Origin: an uncultured delta proteobacterium
Lineage (GTDB): Bacteria > Desulfobacterota > Desulfobaccia > Desulfobaccales > 0-14-0-80-60-11
Direction: 5' to 3'
Length of the DNA: 64,000 nucleotides
NCBI GenBank assembly: GCA_963766185.1
Contig: CAVXZU010000014.1
Span: forward strand, 113,128-177,127
In this document: one piece after another, positions 1 through 10,312 of the stretch
Layout of the letters: each line of letters begins with the position of its first letter
Numbering within the stretch: the stretch's first letter is position 1
Program-made: the position numbers and the translations under genes
The notes under the pieces: model-generated
The model's input: only the letters and a program-made list of their open reading frames with translations
Told to the model about the DNA's origin: nothing
Database searches by the model: none

Positions 1-60
1 TTCTTGTTATGATGAAAAATGCGTATGCGGCGGTTAAATTCCCTCTGAGCTATCCAGAAT

Positions 61-1507
61 ATGCAAAAAGCCACCTTTAAGATCCGACGCAAGATTATTT
101 TGGCCTTCCTGTTCAGCCTGCTGTCGGTGTTGATTTTCTCGGTGTTCAGCTTCCAGGTCCACCGGGAAATCGGCCACCGCCTGCGGCTTCTGGAACTCAC
201 CGACGACCTGTTTCACAACCATCCTGGAGCTGCGCCGGGTGGAGAAAAACTTTTTCCTTTACCGGCAGGTGGCCAGCCTCAATGAAGCCGAAACTTATTT
301 AACCCACGCCCAGGATATTTACCACAGTCATGAATCCGAGGTCCTGCGCTGGAAAACCCACCCGGAGCAAAATGAGTTTTCCCACAGCCTGGCTAACTAT
401 AAGGAAATTTTGGTCCAGATTAAAGCCAAGGCGCCCCGGGAAGGCGTGGCCTTGGAAAACCAGACGTTCACCCCCCTGGAAGAGTCCTTGCGCCGCCAGG
501 GTCAGGAACTGTTGAATATTACCGAAAAATGGGAGAAAGAAGAACGCCGCCAGATCGACCGGCTGTTTCAGCGGGCCATGATGCTCTTTATCATTTCGGT
601 GGTGGTGTTCCTGGCCCTGGGGATCGTGGTGGCCTTCTACCTCTCCCGCATGCTGGTGCAGCCGCTGTTGCAGATGCAGCAGGCCATGGACAAAATCGCC
701 CACGGCGATTTCACCCCGCTCCCGGAGCCGGAATCCTCCTCGGAGGAATTCTTTGCCCTGTTCCGGGCCTTCAACCGCATGATTCACGAGTTGGAAGAGC
801 ATCAGGAGCAACTGGTGCAGTCCCGAAAAATCGCCGCGGTGGGCACCCTGACCTCGGGGATCGCCCATGAGTTGAACAACCCCATTAATAACATCGTGCT
901 CACCGCCGAGTCCCTGAAGGAGGATTTTCGCGACCTGGCCCAGGAGGAGGCCATGGGGTTGATCCAGGATATCCTGACCCAGTCCGAGCGGGCCTCGGAG
1001 ATCGTCAAGGGTCTCCTGGATTTTTCCCGGGCCGAGCGCCCGGAATTTGAGGCCCTGTCCATCGCCACGGTCGTCCAGGATACCCTGAAGCTGGTGCGCA
1101 ACCAGCTGACCCTGTCGGGCATCAATGTGGAACAGGATTTCCCCGCCGGCCTGCCCCCCATCCGGGGCGAAAAGAAAAGTCTGCAACAGGTTTTTCTCAA
1201 TCTGTTCATCAACGCCATCCAGGCCATGCTGGACGGGGGCACCCTCCAGATCGGCGCCCACCCGTCCGCCGACGGCCACTGGATGGTCATTGACGTGACG
1301 GACACCGGGGTGGGCATCGACCCGGGGCACCTCTCCCAGATCTTTGATCCCTTTTACACCACCAAGCAGGTGGGGCGGGGCACCGGCCTGGGCCTGTCGG
1401 TGACTTACGGCATTGTCGAGAAACACGGCGGCCATATCGAGGTCAAGAGCAGCAAAGGTGCGGGGGCCACCTTTACCGTGACGCTGCCCCTCCAGAGAGA
1501 GACATAA
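61..1507 (+). pseudogene. sensor histidine kinase (TM-HAMP-HisKA-HATPase_c), frame broken by one extra base near 220
   Basis: ORF 61..285 (TM helix ILAFLFSLLSVLIFSVF) and ORF 239..1507 join if one c at ~220 is removed: ...LTDDLFHN/ILELRRVEKNFFLYRQ. This is colinear with the intact paralog 10313..11749 (DDVNISFLEMRKAEKNYFLYQDQ). H-box SGIAHELNNP, N-box FLNLFINAIQAM, G-boxes DTGVGI and GTGLGLS. Confidence 0.85.
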
Positions 1508-1535
1508 CCGGTGGCGGACCGGAATCGGGAGTACC

Positions 1536-2873
<1,338 letters not shown>

Positions 2874-3011
2874 CCCCCGGCTCCCCGTCATGGCGTGTTT
2901 CACCAGGTCGGTTTCAAAATGAAATGCGCCCAAACCCCGCAGTTTCCCGGCTTTCCGGGGTTTTGCCCCGCCACCGCTTTTCCATTATGAAACACCGCTC
3001 TTTCGCCTGTT

Positions 3012-3026
3012 TGGCTATCTAGTTGT
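3012..3026 (+). promoter_or_regulatory. candidate sigma-54 (-24/-12) promoter
   Basis: TGGCTATCTAGTTGT versus consensus TGGCAC-N5-TTGC. GG and TTG are correctly spaced; the -12 element is GT instead of GC. It lies ~50 nt upstream of the USP-like gene and is preceded by GTTTCA/TGAAAC half-sites (2897-2993). Confidence 0.3.
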
Positions 3027-3077
3027 TTTTATAATCTTAATCCCTTTGGCCCGATTGGTGCATTGCTCTTTTGGGAC

Positions 3078-3533
3078 ATGAACAAACGGGTACTCTTAGC
3101 TATCGACCTGGAGACGCCGGATTCCCGGGCCGCCTCTTATGCAGTGCAGTTGGCGGCGCGCCTGAAATTGTCCCTGGTGCTCATGGCGGTGTTTCCCCCC
3201 CGGGCCGGCGACCCCGCTGACCCCGGCGACATTTCCCTGGGGGGCCTGGCCGAAGAGCAGAGCCTGTGGCTGGGAAAGGTCCGGGAGCGCTGCCAGCAGG
3301 AAGGGGTGAGCCTGGAGATCTTCCTGGCGGCCGGGGCCTTCTGCGATGAAGTCCTGGCCTTCGCCCGGGCCCAGAGTTCCTTGCAGTTCATCGTCATGGG
3401 TTGGCCGGAGGGTGCCAGCCGGGAAAAGTACCCCGGCTGCGCCGCGGCCTTGAAAAGTCTGCACGAGCAAATCGGCGGGGAAATTCTCCTGGTGCGCGGC
3501 CAGGGAAAAGTCACCCGCCTGACGAATCTTTAA
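3078..3533 (+). CDS. universal stress protein (UspA)-like protein
   Basis: Start taken at MNKRVLLAIDLETPDS, a typical USP beta1 opening. ~150 aa, ends ...GGEILLVRG. The ATP-binding glycine motif is not clear. Confidence 0.6.
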   Translation: MNKRVLLAIDLETPDSRAASYAVQLAARLKLSLVLMAVFPPRAGDPADPGDISLGGLAEEQSLWLGKVRERCQQEGVSLEIFLAAGAFCDEVLAFARAQSSLQFIVMGWPEGASREKYPGCAAALKSLHEQIGGEILLVRGQGKVTRLTNL

Positions 3534-3561
3534 CGCCACGAGAAGGAGGGGAGAGCGGCAC

Positions 3562-4494
3562 ATGTCCTGGAACCTGTATCTACCACTGGCTGGTAACAGC
3601 ATCAACATCTTGATTCTTTTTGGCCTGGGGGGCGCCGTGGGCTTTCTCTCCGGGCTGTTCGGGGTCGGGGGCGGCTTTCTCATGACGCCGCTGCTGATCA
3701 TGGTCGGGATCCCGTCCACGGTGGCCGCGGCCTCGGACTCCAACCAGATTGTCGCGGCCTCCACCTCCGCTTCCTATGCCCACTACCGCCTGGGGAACGT
3801 GGACTTCAAGATGGGGCTTTACCTCATCATCGGCGGCGTCCTCGGGGGCACCCTGGGGGTGCAATTCATCAAGCTGCTCCGGGCCATGGGCAACGCCGAC
3901 TTCGTCATCAAGATCACCTACGTCATCATGCTGGGCGTCATCGGTTTCTACATGTTTGCCGAGAGCCTCCAGAGCATGCGGAAAAAGCCGGTGGAAACCA
4001 AGCGGGTGGAAGCCCCCGCCAAGGTCTCCCTCTACAACCGCATGATCCAGGCCCTGCCCTACCAGACGAAATTCGAGAAATCGGGCGTGGTCCTCTCCCC
4101 CCTGCTGCCCCTCGTCCTCGGGGTGTTCGTGGGGATCCTGGCGGCCATCATGGGCGTGGGCGGGGGCTTCATCATGGTGCCGGTGATGGTCTATATGCTG
4201 CGCATGCCCATGCACGTGGTGGTGGGCACCAGCCTGGTGCAAATCCTCTTTACCTGCATCAACGTCACCATCATGCAGTCCGCCTCCAACCATACCGTAG
4301 ACCTGATCCTGGCCATTATCCTGCTCCTGGGCTCCACCGTGGGGGCTCAGTTCGGGGTGCGCCTGAGCAAGCGCCTCAAGGCCGACCAGCTCAAGATTCT
4401 CCTGGCTTCCATCGTCTTGCTGGTGATGGTCCAGATGCTGATGAGCCTGGTGCTGCCGCCTCATCTCCTGCTGGCGCATAAAGGCGGGCACTGA
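3562..4494 (+). CDS. TauE/SafE (DUF81) family anion exporter, membrane protein
   Basis: 310-aa ORF with two homologous halves of hydrophobic helices. Each half carries the G-rich motif of the family (GLFGVGGGFLMTPLL; IMGVGGGFIMVPVM). Confidence 0.85.
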   Translation: MSWNLYLPLAGNSINILILFGLGGAVGFLSGLFGVGGGFLMTPLLIMVGIPSTVAAASDSNQIVAASTSASYAHYRLGNVDFKMGLYLIIGGVLGGTLGVQFIKLLRAMGNADFVIKITYVIMLGVIGFYMFAESLQSMRKKPVETKRVEAPAKVSLYNRMIQALPYQTKFEKSGVVLSPLLPLVLGVFVGILAAIMGVGGGFIMVPVMVYMLRMPMHVVVGTSLVQILFTCINVTIMQSASNHTVDLILAIILLLGSTVGAQFGVRLSKRLKADQLKILLASIVLLVMVQMLMSLVLPPHLLLAHKGGH

Positions 4495-4495
4495 G

Positions 4496-5272
4496 ATGAA
4501 AGACCTGGTCCAGTTAAGCCGCAAGGTCGCGTGGTTGGGGTTGGGGTTGTTGCTGGTTGGCACGTTGCCGGCCCGGGCCGCAGAACCGGGGCTCAAGATC
4601 TCGCCCCCCACGGTGCAAATCGGCACCTTCTTTAACGGCCAGACCGTGACGGTCTCGGGAACCATCCCGGCCGGGGCTCAGGCGGTCCTGGAGGTAATGG
4701 GCACCAGCGCCGAGGAACACCTCATGCGCAAAGGCCGCCGGGGGCCCCTGTGGATGAACGTGGGGGAAATCAAGGTCGAGGACGCGCCCTCCCTTTACCT
4801 GGTCATGAGCAGCGCCAAGGAATTGCTCACGGCCGCGCCGGCGGATGCCACCTGGGGCTATCGAGCCCTGGAGAAGCGCATTGTCTTCAGCGGCAAAATC
4901 GAACCCCAGGAGCGCCAGGAGTTCCTGAAGCAATTTCTCGAACTCAAGGAAAGCGAACAGATTTACTCCTCCCGGCCCGGGGCCCTCAAAGTTGCGGCCG
5001 CGGCCGGGGGAGTAAGCGCGGTGACCGCCAGTTTTCCCTTGCCCACCAATACCAGACCCGGCACTTACAAGATCTGCCTGTCGGTGATCGCCAACGGCAA
5101 GGCGGTGAGCAATACCTGCACCGACTTCACGGTTGAGCTGGTGGGTTTCCCGGCCCTGATGGCCCAGCTGGCCTATCAGCACGGGGTCGCCTACGGGGTG
5201 CTGGCGGTGGTCCTGGCCATTGTCGTCGGGTTTGCCATGGGCTTCCTCTTCAAGGGCGGGGGCGGGCATTGA
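4496..5272 (+). CDS. secreted/membrane-anchored protein, probably TIGR02186 (Alph_Pro_TM)-like partner of TauE
   Basis: Starts 1 nt after the TauE stop. N-terminal signal peptide (WLGLGLLLVGTLPARAAEP), C-terminal TM helix (VLAVVLAIVVGFAMGFLF). The family assignment comes from remembered architecture and TauE adjacency, not from a search. Confidence 0.55.
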   Translation: MKDLVQLSRKVAWLGLGLLLVGTLPARAAEPGLKISPPTVQIGTFFNGQTVTVSGTIPAGAQAVLEVMGTSAEEHLMRKGRRGPLWMNVGEIKVEDAPSLYLVMSSAKELLTAAPADATWGYRALEKRIVFSGKIEPQERQEFLKQFLELKESEQIYSSRPGALKVAAAAGGVSAVTASFPLPTNTRPGTYKICLSVIANGKAVSNTCTDFTVELVGFPALMAQLAYQHGVAYGVLAVVLAIVVGFAMGFLFKGGGGH

Positions 5273-5450
5273 GGGCGCGCCCGGCAGCATTTTCGGGTTA
5301 GGCCGAGGTTGCCCGGGCCGCTTTCCGTGTGTATAGTTTGGACGGGGTTCTCTATTCCCCAACCCCCTCCCACCGGGAGAGGGGGAGGGGCAAAAGGACA
5401 CCAACAGTGCATCCCGCCGGCGGTTGCAGCCGGATTAAGGATTAGACCCC

Positions 5451-8033
5451 ATGTGGCAAGTTGTCCAAAATCTCTGGAAGCGGATGCACCGGCCCAAACC
5501 GGACCTGGTGGCCTTTCCGGAGATTTTTGAACATTTCCAGGAGCTGCTGCAGGACCATCAGCGGGTCATGGAAAGGATTGCCGACCTGGGAGAAAAATCC
5601 GGCGGGGAATATATCTTTGACCGCAAGTACCTGATAGACACCACCGAAGAAATCCAGACGCTGCTGCTGCGTATGGTGAAAGGCTTGAATCTCATCACCT
5701 CGAACCGTTATCTGGATCTGTACCAGACCATCGACCACATCTTCATCCCCCTGGGGGCCGAACTCCGGGGACGGCTGATCCTCTCCAAGGAAATGCCCCT
5801 GGTGATCGGCCTGGCCGAAGCTTCCCAGGACCGCCCCGAACTCATCGGCGGTAAAGCCGCCAACCTGGCGGTGGCGATCCAGAACCTGGACCTGCCGGTG
5901 CCGGGCGGCTTCATCATCACCACCCGGGCTTACCGGCTCTTCCTGGAGCACAACCACCTGGAGGAGCGGATCCACGCCCTGCTGGAGAGTTGGGTGGCGG
6001 GGGAGCACGACGCACGCCAGGTCTCACGCCAGATCCAGTACAGCATCCTGGCGGGCGTGGTGCCCCACGAAGTGGCCGGAGAAATAAAGCGCCAGGCCGA
6101 GAAGGGCGGCGGGGACTGGGGCGTCCGCAGCAGCGCCTACGGCGAAGACGGGGAACTGTCTTTTGCCGGCCTCCATGAGAGCCTGCTGCACGTCCCGGCC
6201 CGGGGAGTCATCAAGGCCTATAAGCAGGTCCTGGCCAGTCTCTATTCCCCCGAGGCCCTGGTTTACCGGGAGAAGATGGGGATGCTGGGGGAAGAGGCGG
6301 CCATGGCGGTGCTGTGCCAGGAGATGATCCCCAGCCGGGCCAGTGGGGTCATACACACCCTGGACGTAAGCGGCCAGGAAAGCGACTGCCTGGTCATTTT
6401 TGCCTCCTGGGGCCTGGGGCGCACCGTGGTGGAGGGTAAGGGCCCCACGGACCGCTACGTGGTGGAGCGGGATTTTCCCCACCGCATCCGGTCCCAGGAA
6501 ATCGCCCAGAAAGAAAAACTGTTTCAGGCCATGACCGGCGGGGGTGAGGAGGAAGTGCCGGTCCCGCCGGAGGACCAGGGCCGGGAGACTCTCTCCGAGG
6601 CCACCGTTGAAGCCCTGGGGCGTTGGGCCCTGATTCTGGAGCGCTACTTCAAGCGCCCCCAGGAGATCGAATGCGCCATAGATCAGGCGGGTAACTGTTG
6701 GGTCCTGCAAGCCCGGGCCTTGCAGGTCCCCAAGCCCAAGGTCCCCCTGCGGCAGGATATTTGCGAGTCCTGCGCCCTCTACCCCGTCCTGACCCAGGAC
6801 GTCGGCGTGGTGGCCCATGCCGGGGTGGGCGCCGGCGTCGTGGCCCACGTCAGCACCGATGCGGACATGGACCACTTTCCCGAAGAAGCTGTCCTGGTGA
6901 CCAAATATACGGCCCCGTGGCTGGCCCGCATTGTGCCCAAGGCGGCGGCCATCGTCACGGAGCGGGGTTCCGCCGCCGGGCACCTGGCCACCATCGCCCG
7001 GGAATTCCGGGTGCCCACCCTGGTGGGGGTGGAGGGCGCCATGGAGATCCTGGCGGCCGGCATGAAAGTTACCGTGGATACCAAGCAGCGGACCATCTAC
7101 GAGGGCCGGGTCAAAGAACTGATTCAGTATGAACTGGTCCAGTCCATGGCCTTTGAGGACGCCCCGGAATTTCGGCTGCTCCGGCGGATTTTGGCCCGCA
7201 TCGCCCCGCTCCATTTGCTCGATCCCCAGGACCCGAATTTTACCCCCGGGGGTTGCCAATCCGTCCACGACGTCATCCGGTTCATCCACGAGAAGGCCGT
7301 GGAAGAATTGATGGACCTGCCCCGGTTTGTCAAGCGTTTCAAGGGGGTCAGGATCTTCACCCTGGTCTCCGACATCCCCCTGGGCCTGAAGGTTCTGGAC
7401 CTGGGCGGCGGCATCGCCCCCGAGGCCCAGGGCACCAAGCTCCTGCCGGAGCACATCCGGTCCTGGCCCATGCGGGCCCTGTGGGAGGGTCTGTCCGGTC
7501 CCGGGGTCTGGAGCACCGAACCCGTGCCGGTGGATTTCCAGGGGATGATGTCCAGCATCTCCAAGACCGGAGCTTTTACCTCCGGCGGCAGCACCGTTTC
7601 GGGCTTCAACCTGGCGGTGATCAGCGAAAACTACCTCAATCTGCACCTGCGGTTGGGCTACCACTTTAACCTGGTGGACGCCCGCATGGAGACCGAGGCC
7701 CCCCGCAACCACATCTATTTCCGCTTTGTGGGCGGGGTTACCGACCTCACCCGCCGATCCCGGCGGGCCCAACTCCTGGAAAAGATCTTGTCTCAATTCC
7801 ACTTCAAGGTGGACACCAAGGGCGATCTGGTCGTGGCCAAGGTGCTCCATCTGCCCCGGGAAGATATGGAGCAGCGTCTCCAACTCCTGGGCCGGTTGAT
7901 CGGGTTCACCCGCCAGCTGGATATTCAGCTGCGCAGCGACGAAGACGTTCCGGATTTTGTGGAGGCCTTTTTTCACCAAAACTCCCGGTTAAGGGAGAAG
8001 CCCCCGGAAGGAGGAAGTTATGTCGGAAAATAA
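5451..8033 (+). CDS. PEP-utilising enzyme family protein (PPDK_N ATP-grasp + phosphohistidine swivel domain + unassigned C-terminal ~330 aa)
   Basis: 860-aa ORF. Nucleotide-binding domain motif ELIGGKAANLA...GGFIITT, swivel-domain motif TERGSAAGHLATIAREFRVPTLVG. No canonical PEP/pyruvate TIM-barrel motifs are visible in the C-terminal third. Confidence 0.8.
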   Translation: MWQVVQNLWKRMHRPKPDLVAFPEIFEHFQELLQDHQRVMERIADLGEKSGGEYIFDRKYLIDTTEEIQTLLLRMVKGLNLITSNRYLDLYQTIDHIFIPLGAELRGRLILSKEMPLVIGLAEASQDRPELIGGKAANLAVAIQNLDLPVPGGFIITTRAYRLFLEHNHLEERIHALLESWVAGEHDARQVSRQIQYSILAGVVPHEVAGEIKRQAEKGGGDWGVRSSAYGEDGELSFAGLHESLLHVPARGVIKAYKQVLASLYSPEALVYREKMGMLGEEAAMAVLCQEMIPSRASGVIHTLDVSGQESDCLVIFASWGLGRTVVEGKGPTDRYVVERDFPHRIRSQEIAQKEKLFQAMTGGGEEEVPVPPEDQGRETLSEATVEALGRWALILERYFKRPQEIECAIDQAGNCWVLQARALQVPKPKVPLRQDICESCALYPVLTQDVGVVAHAGVGAGVVAHVSTDADMDHFPEEAVLVTKYTAPWLARIVPKAAAIVTERGSAAGHLATIAREFRVPTLVGVEGAMEILAAGMKVTVDTKQRTIYEGRVKELIQYELVQSMAFEDAPEFRLLRRILARIAPLHLLDPQDPNFTPGGCQSVHDVIRFIHEKAVEELMDLPRFVKRFKGVRIFTLVSDIPLGLKVLDLGGGIAPEAQGTKLLPEHIRSWPMRALWEGLSGPGVWSTEPVPVDFQGMMSSISKTGAFTSGGSTVSGFNLAVISENYLNLHLRLGYHFNLVDARMETEAPRNHIYFRFVGGVTDLTRRSRRAQLLEKILSQFHFKVDTKGDLVVAKVLHLPREDMEQRLQLLGRLIGFTRQLDIQLRSDEDVPDFVEAFFHQNSRLREKPPEGGSYVGK

Positions 8034-8409
8034 GCTCAGGGTACTGGTCCTGGACGATGAACCCATTGTCTGCAAACGCCTGCAGCCGGCGTTGGAAAAG
8101 TTGGGATTCGAAGTGGACACCTTCACCCAAAGCGTCGAGGCCATGCATCAGGTTCAACAGTCCGCCTACGACATCGTCATCACGGACCTGAAGATGAAAG
8201 AGGTCGACGGTATGCGCTTTCTGGAGGAAGTCAAAAAGCAGCGCCCGGAAACCGAAGTGATTGTCATCACGGGGTTCGCCACCATGGAAACCGCCAAGCA
8301 GTCATTCCAAAAGGGCGTCTTCGATTTCATCGCCAAGCCGTTCAAATTGAGCGAGATCCAGGACGTGGTGACCCGGGCGGCGGCCAAGATTCGCGGGGCG
8401 GGAGCCTGA
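8020..8409 (+). CDS. single-domain response regulator (CheY-like receiver)
   Basis: 129 aa. LRVLVLDDEP..., phospho-acceptor region DIVITDLKMKEVDG, conserved K in AKPF. The start overlaps the PEP-utilising gene end by 14 nt. Confidence 0.9.
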   Translation: MSENKLRVLVLDDEPIVCKRLQPALEKLGFEVDTFTQSVEAMHQVQQSAYDIVITDLKMKEVDGMRFLEEVKKQRPETEVIVITGFATMETAKQSFQKGVFDFIAKPFKLSEIQDVVTRAAAKIRGAGA

Positions 8410-8476
8410 AGGGAGCCGGCGTCGGCCCGGGCACTCCTGTTTGCCACACCTCATACTGATTAAGGGGGAAGTCTCT

Positions 8477-9277
8477 ATGCTGAAAACCCTGGTAGCCATC
8501 GAAGTGGACCTGGCCTCCAGTTTTGCCATCCGCTATGCCTGTGACCTGGGCAACCTCATTCCCATGGAGCTGTACCCGGTCTATGTCAAGGCGCCGCCGC
8601 CGGAAGTGCCGGTTACGGGCACGGGTTGGGTCCGGCATACCTGGGAACGGGAGATCGTCGAAATGGGCAAGGAGGAGATCCATGAAATGCTGGCCTCCGA
8701 GCAGGAAACCTGCCCCATGCTCCAACAACCCCGGGTAATCTACGGCGATCGCGATTACGAACTGGTCAAGATCGAGAGCCAGGAGGCCTTCGATTTATAC
8801 GTGGAAGGGGCGCCCTATCCCTTCACCCCGGCTAACATCCAGAGGCGCCTGCACGCCAAGTTCTACCAGAAGCTCGCCTGCCCCCTCATCTGGCTGAGGG
8901 GATTGCGGAAGGTCCACCAGGCCATGGTGGTGTGCCCGGATCTGGCCGGCGCCCGGCTAGCGCTGTCGGCCATGCAGAAACTCTGGGCCGGATGCTCCAT
9001 CCCGTTGCACCTGGCCCTGCCGCCCCAGGAAGGTTACGGCGGTCCCGGCGACGCCCTGCGGCAGGAGGCCCGGAAAGTTATGGCCGCCATGGAGGCCGCG
9101 GGGTGTACCCTGGAGGTAAAAGAAGTGGCTGACTGGTCCTCCGGGGGGCCGGCTCCGTCCACGTTTAAGGACTACGGCCTGGTGGCCGTGCCCCTGCCCC
9201 GGGCGGTGAAAAAAGATGATATCCGCTTGCAGTGGCTGGCCCAGGTAAAAAACCCTTTGATGCTGGTGCCGTATTGA
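8477..9277 (+). CDS. hypothetical protein with tandem USP-like halves
   Basis: Start at MLKTLVAIEVDLAS, preceded by RBS AAGGGGGA. A second half begins VHQAMVVCPDLAG. The resemblance to USP alpha/beta fold openings is weak. Confidence 0.5.
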   Translation: MLKTLVAIEVDLASSFAIRYACDLGNLIPMELYPVYVKAPPPEVPVTGTGWVRHTWEREIVEMGKEEIHEMLASEQETCPMLQQPRVIYGDRDYELVKIESQEAFDLYVEGAPYPFTPANIQRRLHAKFYQKLACPLIWLRGLRKVHQAMVVCPDLAGARLALSAMQKLWAGCSIPLHLALPPQEGYGGPGDALRQEARKVMAAMEAAGCTLEVKEVADWSSGGPAPSTFKDYGLVAVPLPRAVKKDDIRLQWLAQVKNPLMLVPY

Positions 9278-9388
9278 GCCCGGCGGCGAGCCCGGGAGGC
9301 GGTTTTTTTCCGACTAAGGACTGCAACATGCCTGACGATAACGATAAAACATATCTCTTCCCTTCAGGGTGAAGAGCTCATCAAGGCC

Positions 9389-10294
9389 ATGGAGGAATGG
9401 GCCGACCGCCGGGAACATCTGGCCGAGGACCGGACCGCCTTGTCCCAGTTCCGAACGAAGCTGGCCGAAGAACGCACTGCCCTGGCGCACAAGCGCACCG
9501 ACCTGGCCGAGGGCCGCACTAAACTCGCCAACGACCGCACCGGTCTAGCCAACAAGCGCACCGAATTGGCCGAGGGGCGGACCAATTTGGCCAATAAAAG
9601 GACCGACCTGGCTGAAGGCCGCACCCAATTAGCCGGGAAAAGAACTGAACTGGCCGAGGGCCGCACCAAACTGGCGGGGACCCGGACGGAGTTAGCCTCA
9701 AATCGCACCACCTGGGCCCAGGAGCGCACCGCCCTCTCCACCCGGCGCACGGAATTGGCCGACGACCGGACCAGACTGGCCGGTGACCGGACCCAATTGG
9801 CCAATCAGAGGACCGAGTTGGCCCAGGGCCGCACCGACCTGGCCCAGAAAAGGACCGGCCTGGCCGAATCCCGGACCAACTGGTCCCAGTCCCGGACCGA
9901 ATGGGCCGAGATGCGCAACAAGCTGGCGGAAATCCGCACTCGCATGAGCGGCGCCCGGACCGGCCTGGCCCAATCCCGGACCAACCTGGCCCAATTTCGC
10001 ACCCTGTTGGCCAAGCAACGCACCGAGCTCTCTTACCTGCGCACCGGCCTGGGCTTCATCGCCCTGGGCACCTTCTTCACCCGGCTCTTCGGCCTCGGGC
10101 CCTGGTCCGCCATTGACGCGGTCATTACCGGGGTGGGGGTGCTGAGCATCGGCATGGCCATCAAACTGTTCGTCAAATCCTACCGGGTCGAGCGCAAGAT
10201 GATGCCCCGCCTCGAGAAGGAGCTGGCCCCGGAAGCCGTGGAAAAGCGGGTGGAGGAGTCCATCCGGTCCCATAAATTCAGTTCGTTCACCTAG
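9389..10294 (+). CDS. DUF202 (YidH)-like membrane protein with ~30 tandem RTxLAxx heptads
   Basis: 301-aa ORF. Residues 13-222 are uninterrupted heptads (EDRTALS QFRTKLA EERTALA HKRTDLA EGRTKLA ... KQRTELS YLRTGLG). These are followed by hydrophobic helices FIALGTFFTRLFG and AVITGVGVLSIGMAI. The last heptads plus the TM region resemble the DUF202 ERTxLAWxRT motif. Confidence 0.8.
   Translation: MEEWADRREHLAEDRTALSQFRTKLAEERTALAHKRTDLAEGRTKLANDRTGLANKRTELAEGRTNLANKRTDLAEGRTQLAGKRTELAEGRTKLAGTRTELASNRTTWAQERTALSTRRTELADDRTRLAGDRTQLANQRTELAQGRTDLAQKRTGLAESRTNWSQSRTEWAEMRNKLAEIRTRMSGARTGLAQSRTNLAQFRTLLAKQRTELSYLRTGLGFIALGTFFTRLFGLGPWSAIDAVITGVGVLSIGMAIKLFVKSYRVERKMMPRLEKELAPEAVEKRVEESIRSHKFSSFT
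9425..10054 (+). repeat. 21-bp periodic coding tandem repeat (about 30 units)
   Basis: DNA period of 21 nt (cgcacc/cggacc...ctggcc). The periodicity also gives repetitive antisense ORFs (9364..9804, VRPSANSVR...). Confidence 0.85.
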
Positions 10295-10312
10295 CCCGTA
10301 AAGGGAGGACCG

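Noticed and set aside
9364-10060. The regular 21-bp repeat array might be a CRISPR array or a non-coding satellite.
   Set aside because: The period is 21 nt with no unique spacers. It is an in-frame heptad repeat within a complete ORF that ends in TM helices. No cas genes are in the window.
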